This document shows, one piece after another, positions 1 through 8,714 of a stretch of DNA of 64,000 bases. The notes beneath the pieces were generated by a model. It searched no databases and was not told the DNA's origin. It saw only the letters and a program-made list of their open reading frames with translations. The translations under genes and the position numbers were made by a program. Location of the stretch: IMG/VR virus record IMGVR_UViG_3300001848_000317. One strand, 5' to 3'. The stretch comes from a virus. The first letter of the stretch is position 1, and each line of letters starts with the position of its first letter.

Positions 1-20
1 GCGCACCGTATACGGTGCGC
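1..20 (-). terminator. Perfect 20-nt palindromic hairpin just 3' of the 35..466 minus-strand gene
   Basis: gcgcaccgta/tacggtgcgc is a perfect inverted repeat. It lies 15 nt downstream of the TAG (RC of 35-37). Any U-tract would be off-window. Confidence 0.35.
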
Positions 21-34
21 CGGGTATGAATGGA

Positions 35-466
35 CTAGGACTTGCTAGCGTATGCCCGCATCGCCCGTGCCAAGAAGGCGACGATGGCGCCTTGAGTGAT
101 TGAGCGAGTGTACCGCTCCGCACGGCGGGCGGCTGACGGGCTGTCAAGTCCCGCCGCCGTCAATGCCGCTTCCCACGATGCGGCGGAACCATCCGGTAGA
201 ACGGCGTGCGCCTTGCCGTTTGCGAGGCACACACTAGCGTAGTCGGCCAACACGTTCGTGTCCTTGGCCTTCGTTTCGCCTTTGGACGTCGTGACAGTAG
301 CAATCCACCGTGAGCGAGCAGCCACGTTGATCTGCTGACGGATGATGGGATGGGCGAGAGCGGCGGCGACGTCTGCCGTGACAAATATTCCGATACCGTT
401 GATCGTGTCAATCCGTACAGTTTCGACCGCTTGATTGTTAACCGTGGCTTCTTTAGTCTTGCCCAT
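35..466 (-). CDS. hypothetical protein (143 aa)
   Basis: ORF track 35..520 trimmed to the ATG at 464-466 (MGKTKEATV...), which has GAAGGAG about 8 nt upstream. No motif recognised. Confidence 0.6.
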   Translation of the reverse strand: MGKTKEATVNNQAVETVRIDTINGIGIFVTADVAAALAHPIIRQQINVAARSRWIATVTTSKGETKAKDTNVLADYASVCLANGKAHAVLPDGSAASWEAALTAAGLDSPSAARRAERYTRSITQGAIVAFLARAMRAYASKS

Positions 467-491
467 TTTGTCTACTCCTTCATTTATCACT

Positions 492-794
492 TTAGGCGTT
501 GGCGGCCGCCCGGGCGGCATTCTTCAGCTTTTCCACAATTGCCAAGAGCAACCGCTGCCCGGACGGTGTGTTCATATCGTTTGCAATCCGAGCACCATGT
601 TCCGTGAGCGATCCGACCCGCCGGATGTGTCCCGATCCAATCAGGCGACGGGCAATAATGACAACCGTTGCGTCATCCATTACAGGGTTAATCATGTAAC
701 AGTTGATAATTGTTGCCACCGCCTCCTTCAGCGCGCCCTTGTCAATGACTGTCATGTAGTCCGACCGGGTGAGTACGACAACCGGAGTTTCCAT
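492..794 (-). CDS. hypothetical protein (100 aa)
   Basis: ORF track 492..812 starts on a TTG. The ATG at 792-794 (METPVVVLTR...) is preceded by GAAAGGA. This is the last leftward gene before the non-coding hub. Confidence 0.55.
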   Translation of the reverse strand: METPVVVLTRSDYMTVIDKGALKEAVATIINCYMINPVMDDATVVIIARRLIGSGHIRRVGSLTEHGARIANDMNTPSGQRLLLAIVEKLKNAARAAANA

Positions 795-1050
795 TCTGTT
801 TTGTCCTTTCAATCATGGCGGATCATCCCGCCTCATAGTCTGTCTGGCTGTCTGTCGTCCTTAGTCCTTTCTAATCTAAGGCATCCAGCCTACCCTATAC
901 CGTACCGGATACCAGAATACCCTAATTTGCCGTACGGCGTCTAGGGGTTTCAAACGAGCCGGAAGGTAAGATTAGGTTAAGCCCAATAATGCGCCGCATC
1001 ATTTTCACGCTCTTCATATATAGGAAAACAAGCGTTGTCTGTACCGGTGA

Positions 1051-1080
1051 GAGTAGGTAAGAGTAGGTGAGAGCAGGTGT
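1051..1080. repeat. 3 x 10-nt tandem repeat (gagtaggtaa / gagtaggtga / gagcaggtgt)
   Basis: Read directly from the sequence. The period is one helical turn. It lies inside the 813-1577 non-coding region. Confidence 0.7.
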
Positions 1081-1147
1081 CCAGCCATGACCCGTATCCG
1101 GTGGAACCAACGAGGGGGAGAGACGGCAGCCAGGGTGGCCTAAGATT

Positions 1148-1230
1148 CCCGTAATTTGCAAAATCCTGTCGAATCGACCCCCGTAATTTGCAAAATCCCA
1201 TGGAATTGGACCCGCAATTTTTACAAAATT
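1148..1230. repeat. Iteron-like direct repeats: 2 perfect 19-mers plus 1 degenerate copy at 32/31-nt spacing
   Basis: cccgtaatttgcaaaatcc occurs at 1148-1166 and 1180-1198. A degenerate copy cccgcaatttttacaaaatt is at 1211-1230. Partial copies are at 920-930 (ccctaatttgc) and 1361-1369 (cccgtaatt). The palindrome gtcgaatcgac sits between copies 1 and 2. ggaattgg is repeated at 1202-1209 and 1235-1242. Confidence 0.75.
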
Positions 1231-1306
1231 GACAGGAATTGGTACCCCACCTTCATGAACGAATGTTAATTCTATCCCATCCGCTCCGACACGAGTTCCA
1301 TAATTC

Positions 1307-1336
1307 TCGACAAATGTGTACCAAAGCTGGTACAAT
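1307..1336 (+). promoter_or_regulatory. Candidate sigma70-type promoter facing the rightward arm
   Basis: TCGACA (1307-1312), an 18-nt spacer, then TGgTACAAT (extended -10; TACAAT at 1331-1336). Found by pattern match only. Confidence 0.3.
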
Positions 1337-1577
1337 GAGGGTAAACGGACCCGAAATGACCCCGTAATTACCCTGGTTTCGTTACAAAGTGACCGCATCG
1401 TGACCGACTGGACGTGACAATGCCGAGGAAAAGGATCAACAAACCCGTGGTCAACAAAATATGTCGACGTTGCAAGCTGCCCCGACCAAGAGGCAGGTTT
1501 GGGTCCAACACCCTAATCTGCCAATACTGCATCCAACACAACCCCAAGCCCAACGACGAGAGGATGAAGTCCAACCG

Positions 1578-1793
1578 ATGAATGACACCAATGACGTGTA
1601 CGCAACCCTGGCGCGTGCCCAGGAAGAACTCAAGTCACTTCGCAATCTCGCCATTGCCGTGATCTTCGGTATCCGCAACGCACCCACCCTGGGTACCCAA
1701 GCCTTCGATGCCATGGAAGAGTGCATCAATGAGTGGTATGCCGAGTACGGTTGCCATGACCCCTATGTAGTAGCAGAGGTGGAAGGTCAGTGA
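1578..1793 (+). CDS. hypothetical protein (71 aa)
   Basis: ORF track 1461..1793. The Pro/Gln-rich first 39 codons look non-coding, so the start was moved to the in-frame ATG at 1578 (MNDTNDVYATL...). The stop overlaps the next start (GTGA). The start is uncertain. Confidence 0.5.
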   Translation: MNDTNDVYATLARAQEELKSLRNLAIAVIFGIRNAPTLGTQAFDAMEECINEWYAEYGCHDPYVVAEVEGQ

Positions 1794-2311
1794 TTCTCGG
1801 TTTGGACCTGTCCCTCACCTCTACCGGATGGTGCTACTCCACACTCGCCCACGGTGCCATCCAACCCAAACTCAAATCACCGATTACCCGCACCGATCAG
1901 ATCCAACGGTTAGCCACCATCCGTGATGCCATCCAACAGGTCATCATCACCAACGGCAGGCCCACCACCATCCTGATCGAGGACTACTCGTTCAATTCCA
2001 AGAACCCCGGTCATTACACCGGAGAGTTAGGCGGTACCATCCGGCTCTACCTGTTCGAGCACGGTTACATCCCCGGTCAAAACCTCTTCTTTCCCAGCCC
2101 CACCCAACTGAAGAAGTTCACCACCGGCAAGGGCAACGCCGACAAATCCCAGATGCGACTCGCCGTATACAAGCAGTGGCAGTTCGAACACCCGTCCGAC
2201 GATGTGATCGATGCCTTTGCCCTCGTTAAACTCGGTGAGGCCCTCACCGCCGACAACCTCAAACCGCACCAACACGACGTGATACTCAAACTGAAAGGAG
2301 ACGCCCAGTGA
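1790..2311 (+). CDS. ruvC: RuvC-like Holliday junction resolvase
   Basis: ILGLDLSLTSTGW (catalytic Asp 1), ILIEDYSF (Glu), GKGNADKSQM and SDDVIDAFALV (C-terminal Asp pair) match the RuvC/RNase H-fold resolvase signature. Confidence 0.85.
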   Translation: MILGLDLSLTSTGWCYSTLAHGAIQPKLKSPITRTDQIQRLATIRDAIQQVIITNGRPTTILIEDYSFNSKNPGHYTGELGGTIRLYLFEHGYIPGQNLFFPSPTQLKKFTTGKGNADKSQMRLAVYKQWQFEHPSDDVIDAFALVKLGEALTADNLKPHQHDVILKLKGDAQ

Positions 2312-2682
2312 CACCCATTACCAAAGACGAACTGATGCAGATCATCGAACCCATCGTCGATACCCTCGTCCGTAAAAACCACGACTACGGCGGTTCGGTA
2401 TTCGAACTCGGCGGCAAAGGCATCTTCGTCCGCATGTGGGACAAGATGGCCCGCCTCAAACAACTCGTGTGGATGGCCGTCCAACCCAAGGTGAGAGACG
2501 AAGCCATCCACGATACCATTGCCGACCTCGCCGGCTACGCCATCCTCTGGCTGGTGGACCGTCAACGCAACGCCGAAGCCGACGCCTTTGCCAACGGTGA
2601 GATGATGGCCAGTGAACTCAGCCGGAAGTTCTCCGATGTCATGGCCCAGGTGGAATCGCCGTTCCGCAAGGAGGGCGCATGA
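2308..2682 (+). CDS. DUF1599-family protein (nucleotide-modification-associated domain)
   Basis: RKNHDYGGS...GIFVRMWDKMARLKQL...DTIADLAGYAILWLV matches the K-N-x-D-Y-G / DK..R / D..NYA pattern of DUF1599. Start and stop are coupled to both neighbours. Confidence 0.65.
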   Translation: MTPITKDELMQIIEPIVDTLVRKNHDYGGSVFELGGKGIFVRMWDKMARLKQLVWMAVQPKVRDEAIHDTIADLAGYAILWLVDRQRNAEADAFANGEMMASELSRKFSDVMAQVESPFRKEGA

Positions 2683-3197
2683 GGCCAACCGCCGATGCCA
2701 TCTTCATGGTGATGGCTCAGACCATTTCACTCCGTGCAACCTGCAACCGTCTCAGGGTAGGCGCCGTCCTTACGCTGGACAACGCCATCCTCACCACCGG
2801 TTATAACGGTGCGCCGAAAGGCATGCCCCATTGTCTCGATGTGGAATGCCTCATGGTAGATAACCATTGCAAGCGCACCGTGCATGCCGAGCGCAACGCC
2901 ATCATCTGGGCGGCGAAGCGCGGACCTACCATCTCGGGCTCTACCCTGTACCTCACCCACTCGCCGTGCTTCGACTGCCTGACCCTCATGGTGCAAGTGG
3001 GCGTGAAGCGCATCGTGTTCCATGAGTGGTACCCACGGATCGACGACCGGGTGATTGCCATGTGCCAGCACAACGGAATCATCCTGCAACAGTTCACCAA
3101 CGATAAGACCGGACCTGTACCGGTACCGCAGTTGGCACCGCCGCTCATCTCCAACCTGCTGTTCAACGGCTACTACCGTGTAGCGGAGGGACCATGA
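2679..3197 (+). CDS. dCMP (deoxycytidylate) deaminase
   Basis: Zinc-binding motifs HAERNAI and PCFDC, with VGAVL...TGYNG upstream. This is the cytidine/deoxycytidylate deaminase fold of the ComEB/T4 Cd type. Confidence 0.9.
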   Translation: MRPTADAIFMVMAQTISLRATCNRLRVGAVLTLDNAILTTGYNGAPKGMPHCLDVECLMVDNHCKRTVHAERNAIIWAAKRGPTISGSTLYLTHSPCFDCLTLMVQVGVKRIVFHEWYPRIDDRVIAMCQHNGIILQQFTNDKTGPVPVPQLAPPLISNLLFNGYYRVAEGP

Positions 3198-3562
3198 TCT
3201 GCGTACTTTGCCAACACGAAGCGGTTGAACCGATCCTGTCGTCCGATGGGCATATCTGTGCCGGCCATATCTACCGTCCGGTATCGGATGATCCCTATGA
3301 CCGGCTGCACCTCCCACCATGGAAGGTATACGACTACTTCGATCTGCATGGGAAAGCCCGGCCCGAACCGCAGCCCATCCCACCTATCGAAGTGTCACCG
3401 CAGATCACCATCAACCTATCGGTGACCAAAGCCAACAAGCTGACCCACGTTCTCAACACGATCATCGACACCATCCCGCAGCACGATGCGGTCATGGTCA
3501 GTGAGATCATTCACCGCCTGAACCTCGCCATTAAACAGGAAGTAGGTATCTGTGTTCTCTGA
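3194..3562 (+). CDS. hypothetical protein (122 aa)
   Basis: The ORF is coupled to its upstream stop (ATGA). No motif recognised. Confidence 0.55.
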   Translation: MICVLCQHEAVEPILSSDGHICAGHIYRPVSDDPYDRLHLPPWKVYDYFDLHGKARPEPQPIPPIEVSPQITINLSVTKANKLTHVLNTIIDTIPQHDAVMVSEIIHRLNLAIKQEVGICVL

Positions 3563-3800
3563 CGACGAACAATTCCACCACGACACCAGCGTCATGCAGC
3601 AGAAGCAACCGACATCGCCCGGTGCTTTCAATCAGACAGAGGAGGAACCAGCCGACCTCGAACCACCTGATCCGCAAGCCATCTGGCTGTGTGGGTTTGC
3701 TCTGTTGGTTCTGATGGTGGCCACCCGTACCATCGAGTGGTACTGGATTCTGATCTATCAGGTTGCCACCTTGCTGTGGATGTACAAGGCCCGCCGATGA
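3552..3800 (+). CDS. small membrane protein (2 predicted TM segments)
   Basis: IWLCGFALLVLMVATRTIEWYWILIYQVATLLWMY gives two hydrophobic helices followed by KARR. Confidence 0.5.
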   Translation: MFSDDEQFHHDTSVMQQKQPTSPGAFNQTEEEPADLEPPDPQAIWLCGFALLVLMVATRTIEWYWILIYQVATLLWMYKARR

Positions 3801-4147
3801 ACGAACCGACCATTCCCGAACTGATCGTCAAGTGGCGCAAGCAGCGGGGGATGTCTCAAGTCGAAGTAGCCGAGTGGTTGGGTATCGACCGCAAGACAAT
3901 CCTCCGCTGGGAGAACGGCCATACCACGATGACCGTTCCCGAGTTGCGGACCTTGACCGACCTATATGGGGTGGACTGGCGCGAACCGTTCCGTCTCACC
4001 CAACGAGTTGAAGCGATTGCCGAGATGCAACATGATGACCTATACAGCCGTATCCGCAAGCAACTGCATTACCTGAACGTGAAGCAACTACGCGCCATCC
4101 TGTATATGGTCGCCATGTTACTCGGCAAACAACCGGACGAAGTCTGA
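3797..4147 (+). CDS. XRE-family helix-turn-helix DNA-binding protein
   Basis: ORF track 3689..4147 trimmed to the ATG at 3797, which overlaps the upstream stop as ATGA. WRKQRGMSQVEVAEWLGIDRKTILRWENG is a canonical HTH_3 motif. Confidence 0.8.
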   Translation: MNEPTIPELIVKWRKQRGMSQVEVAEWLGIDRKTILRWENGHTTMTVPELRTLTDLYGVDWREPFRLTQRVEAIAEMQHDDLYSRIRKQLHYLNVKQLRAILYMVAMLLGKQPDEV

Positions 4148-4148
4148 G

Positions 4149-4178
4149 TTGCGCCTAATCACAACCGTAGCGTATAGT
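4149..4178 (+). promoter_or_regulatory. Candidate promoter upstream of the packaging/structural operon
   Basis: TTGCGC (4149-4154), an 18-nt spacer, then TATAGT (4173-4178), in the 65-nt gap before the small terminase gene. Confidence 0.3.
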
Positions 4179-4212
4179 CAAGATCAACGGATAATTAGCT
4201 GGGGTTTGAGCC

Positions 4213-4653
4213 ATGCCGCGCAAAGACAAAGGGATTGGGGATCGGGTCAACAACATCATCCAGGTCTTTGATTACGTCAAGGACCATGATGAAGCTGTGA
4301 CCGCCAGTCCTGAACCGAAGCGTCGCCGCAAGGTGAAAACGAGTACGCCCGCGCTTGATAAGGTGGACGGTAAGCAACAGGAACTGATTGCGAAAGCCCT
4401 GCTGGCAGTCGATGCCGGTCTGGACAAGATCCTTCAGATTCTGATTGGACCCAAACCGGACAAGAACGGTAACGTACCGCCCACACCGGCGCTGAAGTTC
4501 ACCAATGGTCCCATGACCATTCAGGCTTTGGCACGGTTGGCTCAGGCCCAAGCCGACATAGCGCAGCTTGTGAATGCAAAGTCGAACCTTTTCAAGGATT
4601 CAGAAGCTCTCGAAGAACGACTTCTTGAAGCTCTTGAGCGAATGCCAGGATGA
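4213..4653 (+). CDS. putative terminase small subunit
   Basis: Called by position immediately 5' of the large terminase, its size (146 aa), a basic N-terminal half and a helical C-terminus. No diagnostic motif. Confidence 0.4.
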   Translation: MPRKDKGIGDRVNNIIQVFDYVKDHDEAVTASPEPKRRRKVKTSTPALDKVDGKQQELIAKALLAVDAGLDKILQILIGPKPDKNGNVPPTPALKFTNGPMTIQALARLAQAQADIAQLVNAKSNLFKDSEALEERLLEALERMPG

Positions 4654-6193
4654 AGAACTGAAACGGGAACTGCTCCGTATCCGGTGTTTTACCGATACGG
4701 AGCTTTTCGCCTATCTGTTCTTCCCGCACTACACCTTCAAGAAGGGTAGTGAGATGCACGGCTTCCAACTGGAGCTGATGCGTGATCTTCGCCGTGGCCA
4801 GAAGAACGTGATGGCTGCTCCGCGTGGCAACGCGAAATCGACTAATACCGTACTGATTAAGGTGATCCACCGGATCGTCTATCAGTTGGAACGGTACATC
4901 GTCATCACGTCGGACATCGACAAGAACGCCACCGACAAGGTCATGGACGTCCGTGCCGAACTGACCAACAACGAACTGCTGATCGAAGTGTACGGTAGTC
5001 TCAAGACCGAACACTGGCTGAAGCAAGACATTGTCACCGCCAACGGTGTCCGTGTCCAAGCCTTCGCCGCCCGGTCCAACATCCGGGGTGTTAAGCACGG
5101 TCCTTACCGCCCAACCTGGATCATCTTCGACGACGTCGAGAACCGGAAGAATGTGAAGGTGCCCGAGCAACGCGCCGATCAATGGGACTGGTTTTCCAAA
5201 GACGCGCTCAAAGCCGGGACCATGGGGGAAACCAACTTCGACTTCATCGGCACCGTCCTGCACCAGGACAGTCTGCTGTCCCGTCTATTGAAGTCACCCG
5301 GCTGGCGGTCCAAGCTATACCGTGCCGTCATCTCGTGGCCAGATCCGAACGCCCAGTTATTGTGGGATCGGTGGCGGGACATCTATACGGACCTGACCGA
5401 CGCTGACCGTGAAGAGAAGGCGGATGAGTTCTACCGGCTGAACGAGAAGGACATGCTAGACGGTGTCCGTGTCCTGTGGCCCGAGCACCAACCGTTCGTT
5501 GAACTACAGAAGATCATCGTCAACGAAGGTAAGGCCGCCTTCAACACCGAGCTGATGAACAATCCCGTCAACCCGGATACGGCAACCTTCGATATGGACC
5601 GTGCCCTGAAGTTCAAGATCGTGGGCGATAACCTCGTCCGCAGCGACGGTCGGTTCGTCAAACTGTCGTCGCTTCGCAAGTACATGTACCACGACCCGGC
5701 CTTCGGATCATCCGACGGTGACTACGGCGTCATCGTGGTGGGCGGCGTCGATGAGTACGGCTACATGTACATCCTCGATGCGTACATCCGTAAGGACACG
5801 CCGTCCAAACAAATCACCGCCGCCTTCGAACTCGCCGCCCGTTGGAACCCCAAAGCCCTGGGTATGGAAGCCAACAATGGGTGGGCGCTGTTGAAAGACG
5901 ACTACGAGATCGACCGCCGTGTGCGAGCCAAAGCCGGTAAGTTCTTCCACCTCGACGTGCATAAAGTGGTGAACGTCGATGCGAAAGCTGAGCGGATCGG
6001 CGCACTTGAGCCTAAGATAGATAACAGATGGATCGCCTTCAACGAAGAGTTGCCGGTCGAGTTCATCGACCAATTCATCCAACACCCGACGCACTCTCAC
6101 GATGACGCGCCGGATGCAACCGCCGGGTTGGTTCTGGTAGCATCCGACTTTGAATCCAATCTGTTTGGCGGAAGCGCACGGAGGGTCGCATGA
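4574..6193 (+). CDS. terminase large subunit
   Basis: Walker A-like AAPRGNAKST, Walker B WIIFDDVEN, and C-terminal nuclease motifs (GVIVVGGVDE..., HSHDDAPDATAG). The 80-nt overlap with the upstream ORF makes the exact start uncertain. Confidence 0.85.
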   Translation: MQSRTFSRIQKLSKNDFLKLLSECQDEELKRELLRIRCFTDTELFAYLFFPHYTFKKGSEMHGFQLELMRDLRRGQKNVMAAPRGNAKSTNTVLIKVIHRIVYQLERYIVITSDIDKNATDKVMDVRAELTNNELLIEVYGSLKTEHWLKQDIVTANGVRVQAFAARSNIRGVKHGPYRPTWIIFDDVENRKNVKVPEQRADQWDWFSKDALKAGTMGETNFDFIGTVLHQDSLLSRLLKSPGWRSKLYRAVISWPDPNAQLLWDRWRDIYTDLTDADREEKADEFYRLNEKDMLDGVRVLWPEHQPFVELQKIIVNEGKAAFNTELMNNPVNPDTATFDMDRALKFKIVGDNLVRSDGRFVKLSSLRKYMYHDPAFGSSDGDYGVIVVGGVDEYGYMYILDAYIRKDTPSKQITAAFELAARWNPKALGMEANNGWALLKDDYEIDRRVRAKAGKFFHLDVHKVVNVDAKAERIGALEPKIDNRWIAFNEELPVEFIDQFIQHPTHSHDDAPDATAGLVLVASDFESNLFGGSARRVA

Positions 6194-7479
6194 GACTGTT
6201 TGGTCTGGAGCTTGAGTTTGCTGCACGGGGTCGACCGTCGACCAAGCCACCGACGCAAGTCAGCCGTGCGAGTTGGAAGAAAGCCAACTACATCACCAGT
6301 GCCGGTGTCATGCCCAAGCCGACGCCGGTCAACCTGCGGCGGTTTTCCGAAACCCCGCCGATGCGTCGGGCAATCAACGCCATCAAGAACCCGGTGCTGA
6401 ACAAACCGTGGGAAGTCCGACCGCGTAAAGGCGTGCCGGTCACCGACGATGTGATGCGCCGTATCCGTATTGCCGAAGCCATCTTCGAAGAACCGAACAT
6501 GGACGACAGCTTCTATTCCTTCACCGGTGCGGTGCTGGAAGATATGCTGGTGGGTGGTGGTGGTCCCATCGAAGTCCGCACCAACGGCAACATGGATCAC
6601 CCGCTGTGGATGTGGTCCGTCGACTTCTCGACCATCGCCATCAATCCCGATTGGAACGGATCAGGTGCCGGTGCCCGTTATGCCCAGACCCTGATCGGGA
6701 TTCCCAAGCCGATCCCGCTACCCGATGACATCCTCGTCTACCTCAAACCGAACCCCCGCACCTTTACCCCGTGGGGCCTTGGCCCTGGGGAAGTCGCCTT
6801 CAACTACGTCAATCACTTCCTGACGTCGCACACCGCCGCCCATAAACGTGCCGCCAACGAACGACCGGAGTACATCATCACCCTGGGCCAGAATGCCAAG
6901 GCCAATGAAGTGCTCGAGTTCCGCTCTTACTGGATGGATGAGATCGAAGGTACCGGTCAACCACCGATCATCGGTGGTACTGAGAACCCCAACATCCTTC
7001 GGCTTACGCAGGGAACCGACTCTGATCTGCGGATCAAGTGGCAGGAGTTTCAGATGCACCTGATCTCCATCGCCTTTGATCTGTCTCCCGGCAAACTCGG
7101 GTTGAACAAGGACATTAACCGTTCAACCAAAGAAGGTCAGATGGAGGAAGATGACGACGGTGCCATTGAACCGTGGGCAAAGCTGATTGCCGTCGAGTTC
7201 ACCCGGCATTTCCTGTGGAAGCGTCTCGGCTGGCGTGACCTTGAGTTCACTTACTGCGACGTTGACGTCAAGGATGAACTTACCCGCGCACAGATCCACC
7301 AAATCTACTACAATATCAACGCACTAACTCCTGACGAAATCCGTGAGCAGTTGGGGCGTGGACCATTGGACAACGAACGTGGTACTGTGTTAAGAAGCCA
7401 AGGTGGCTCAGCTACTCCGGTGCCTGAAGTGGGCGGTTCCGTCAATACGCAGGTACCTGATCCGACACCCTCTCTCTGA
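6190..7479 (+). CDS. portal protein
   Basis: 429 aa, ATGA-coupled to the terminase. The position is conserved, and RRAINAIKNPVLNKPWEV is a typical HK97-type portal N-terminal region. Confidence 0.75.
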   Translation: MRLFGLELEFAARGRPSTKPPTQVSRASWKKANYITSAGVMPKPTPVNLRRFSETPPMRRAINAIKNPVLNKPWEVRPRKGVPVTDDVMRRIRIAEAIFEEPNMDDSFYSFTGAVLEDMLVGGGGPIEVRTNGNMDHPLWMWSVDFSTIAINPDWNGSGAGARYAQTLIGIPKPIPLPDDILVYLKPNPRTFTPWGLGPGEVAFNYVNHFLTSHTAAHKRAANERPEYIITLGQNAKANEVLEFRSYWMDEIEGTGQPPIIGGTENPNILRLTQGTDSDLRIKWQEFQMHLISIAFDLSPGKLGLNKDINRSTKEGQMEEDDDGAIEPWAKLIAVEFTRHFLWKRLGWRDLEFTYCDVDVKDELTRAQIHQIYYNINALTPDEIREQLGRGPLDNERGTVLRSQGGSATPVPEVGGSVNTQVPDPTPSL

Positions 7480-7525
7480 CGTTTATCGTCAATCCGATAT
7501 AGTCCGTAGAGGGTTTTCGGAAAGC

Positions 7526-8704
7526 ATGACACGAAAGGCAAAACCGCAAAAGCCAGCCGAGTCGCTGTCTTTGCAATGCGCCTCCATTCAGTTGGCTCCA
7601 GATCCCAACCATCCTAACCGCGTTCCCTTCCGTGGTGTGGTGGCCAAGCTCGACCAGCCTTCTGATGGTGCACCGCACGGGACGATGGGGCGTCGCATCA
7701 TCATCCCTGCGTCTCTTGCCGCCGAGTTATCCCCCGGCCTCCTGCTTGCTCCCATCAACATCGACCGTAATCTGTCGGGACATGACCTCAGTTATGTAAT
7801 CGGCAGCATTACGAATGCGTATGTTGAAGGTAGTGATTGGATCGTCGAGGGTGTTCTCTTCGGTAAGAACTTCCCAAGCGAGGTGGACCTCATCAAAGCC
7901 GAGAAGGACAGCCTCGGCATGTCGATTGAGATGTCCAACCTTCAATGGGATAACCCGTTCGCACTCGGCACGATTGTCATGAAGATGGCAACCCCGACCG
8001 GTGCGGCAATCTTGCTAAAGAAGAAAGCGGCGTACCAGACTACGACACTCGCCGCATCGAGGAGTGAGGTAAACAAGATGGACCCCATCATCGCGCAACT
8101 TCTCGCTCAGATGGTCCAGATGCAGGCGAGCCAGTCCGAACTGACCAACCTGCTCAAGACCATGAGCGCCGGTATCACCGATGCCGTCACCAAGCTGACG
8201 ACCGTCGGTTCCGACATCAAGAGCCAACTCGCTGAAGTCAAGGCTGCCGCCAAGCCCGAAGCCGTCGTTGCTCCCGTTGAACCCAAGACCGAGATCGCTG
8301 CCGCTGCCGTTGATCCGAACGCCCAGCTCGCCACCCTGCTCGGTCAGGCTCTGGTCGCCAAGCTGATCGGTGGTGATGTGAAGGCCGCGGCTACGCCCGT
8401 GACCGTCCAAGCCGCCCCGGTCACCCCGGTCCCGACCCAGCCCGATCTGGCTGCGATGCTCACCAACCTGCTGACCAAGGGTGTTCCGACTGAAGTGGCC
8501 GCCGCCGCTCAGCCCGCTCCTGCCCGTCAGACCCTGTCGAGCGATGCCTCCAACTTCGTGAACCGCTACAACAGCGACCTGAAGGCTGGCACCGACGGCA
8601 AGTACACGCTGAACGATGTCGACAACATGCTGGACAAGGGTGGCTACAGTGCCCTCCAGGGTACCAGCATCAAGATGAGCCTCCGCAGCAGCGGTCTGAT
8701 CTAA
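7526..8704 (+). CDS. prohead protease fused to an Ala/Pro/Val-rich scaffold-like C-terminal domain
   Basis: ORF track 7403..8704 trimmed to the ATG at 7526. The N-terminal ~180 aa resemble S78/HK97-type protease (GHDLSYVIGSI..., DSLGMSIEMS). The C-terminal ~210 aa are low-complexity and helical (AQLLAQMVQMQASQSELTNLLK...). Confidence 0.6.
   Translation: MTRKAKPQKPAESLSLQCASIQLAPDPNHPNRVPFRGVVAKLDQPSDGAPHGTMGRRIIIPASLAAELSPGLLLAPINIDRNLSGHDLSYVIGSITNAYVEGSDWIVEGVLFGKNFPSEVDLIKAEKDSLGMSIEMSNLQWDNPFALGTIVMKMATPTGAAILLKKKAAYQTTTLAASRSEVNKMDPIIAQLLAQMVQMQASQSELTNLLKTMSAGITDAVTKLTTVGSDIKSQLAEVKAAAKPEAVVAPVEPKTEIAAAAVDPNAQLATLLGQALVAKLIGGDVKAAATPVTVQAAPVTPVPTQPDLAAMLTNLLTKGVPTEVAAAAQPAPARQTLSSDASNFVNRYNSDLKAGTDGKYTLNDVDNMLDKGGYSALQGTSIKMSLRSSGLI
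8078..8704 (+). CDS. possible nested in-frame scaffolding protein (lambda C/Nu3-like arrangement)
   Basis: An internal ATG at 8078 is in frame with 7526 and preceded by GAGGAGTGAGG (8059-8069). It lies at the boundary between the protease and scaffold-like domains. Confidence 0.3.
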   Translation: MDPIIAQLLAQMVQMQASQSELTNLLKTMSAGITDAVTKLTTVGSDIKSQLAEVKAAAKPEAVVAPVEPKTEIAAAAVDPNAQLATLLGQALVAKLIGGDVKAAATPVTVQAAPVTPVPTQPDLAAMLTNLLTKGVPTEVAAAAQPAPARQTLSSDASNFVNRYNSDLKAGTDGKYTLNDVDNMLDKGGYSALQGTSIKMSLRSSGLI

Positions 8705-8714
8705 GGAGTACGTT

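Noticed and set aside
1148-1230. Direct repeats that could be mistaken for a mini-CRISPR array.
   Set aside because: There are only 2 perfect copies plus 1 degenerate copy. The spacers are 12-13 nt, far too short. There are no cas genes, and the third copy has an internal insertion. The repeats are better explained as protein-binding iterons.
922-1398. A 158-aa minus-strand ORF spanning the non-coding hub.
   Set aside because: It has no SD. The 19-mer DNA repeats are spaced 32/31 nt apart, so they fall in different reading frames, which argues for DNA-level rather than protein-level function. The region is AT-richer and repeat-dense.
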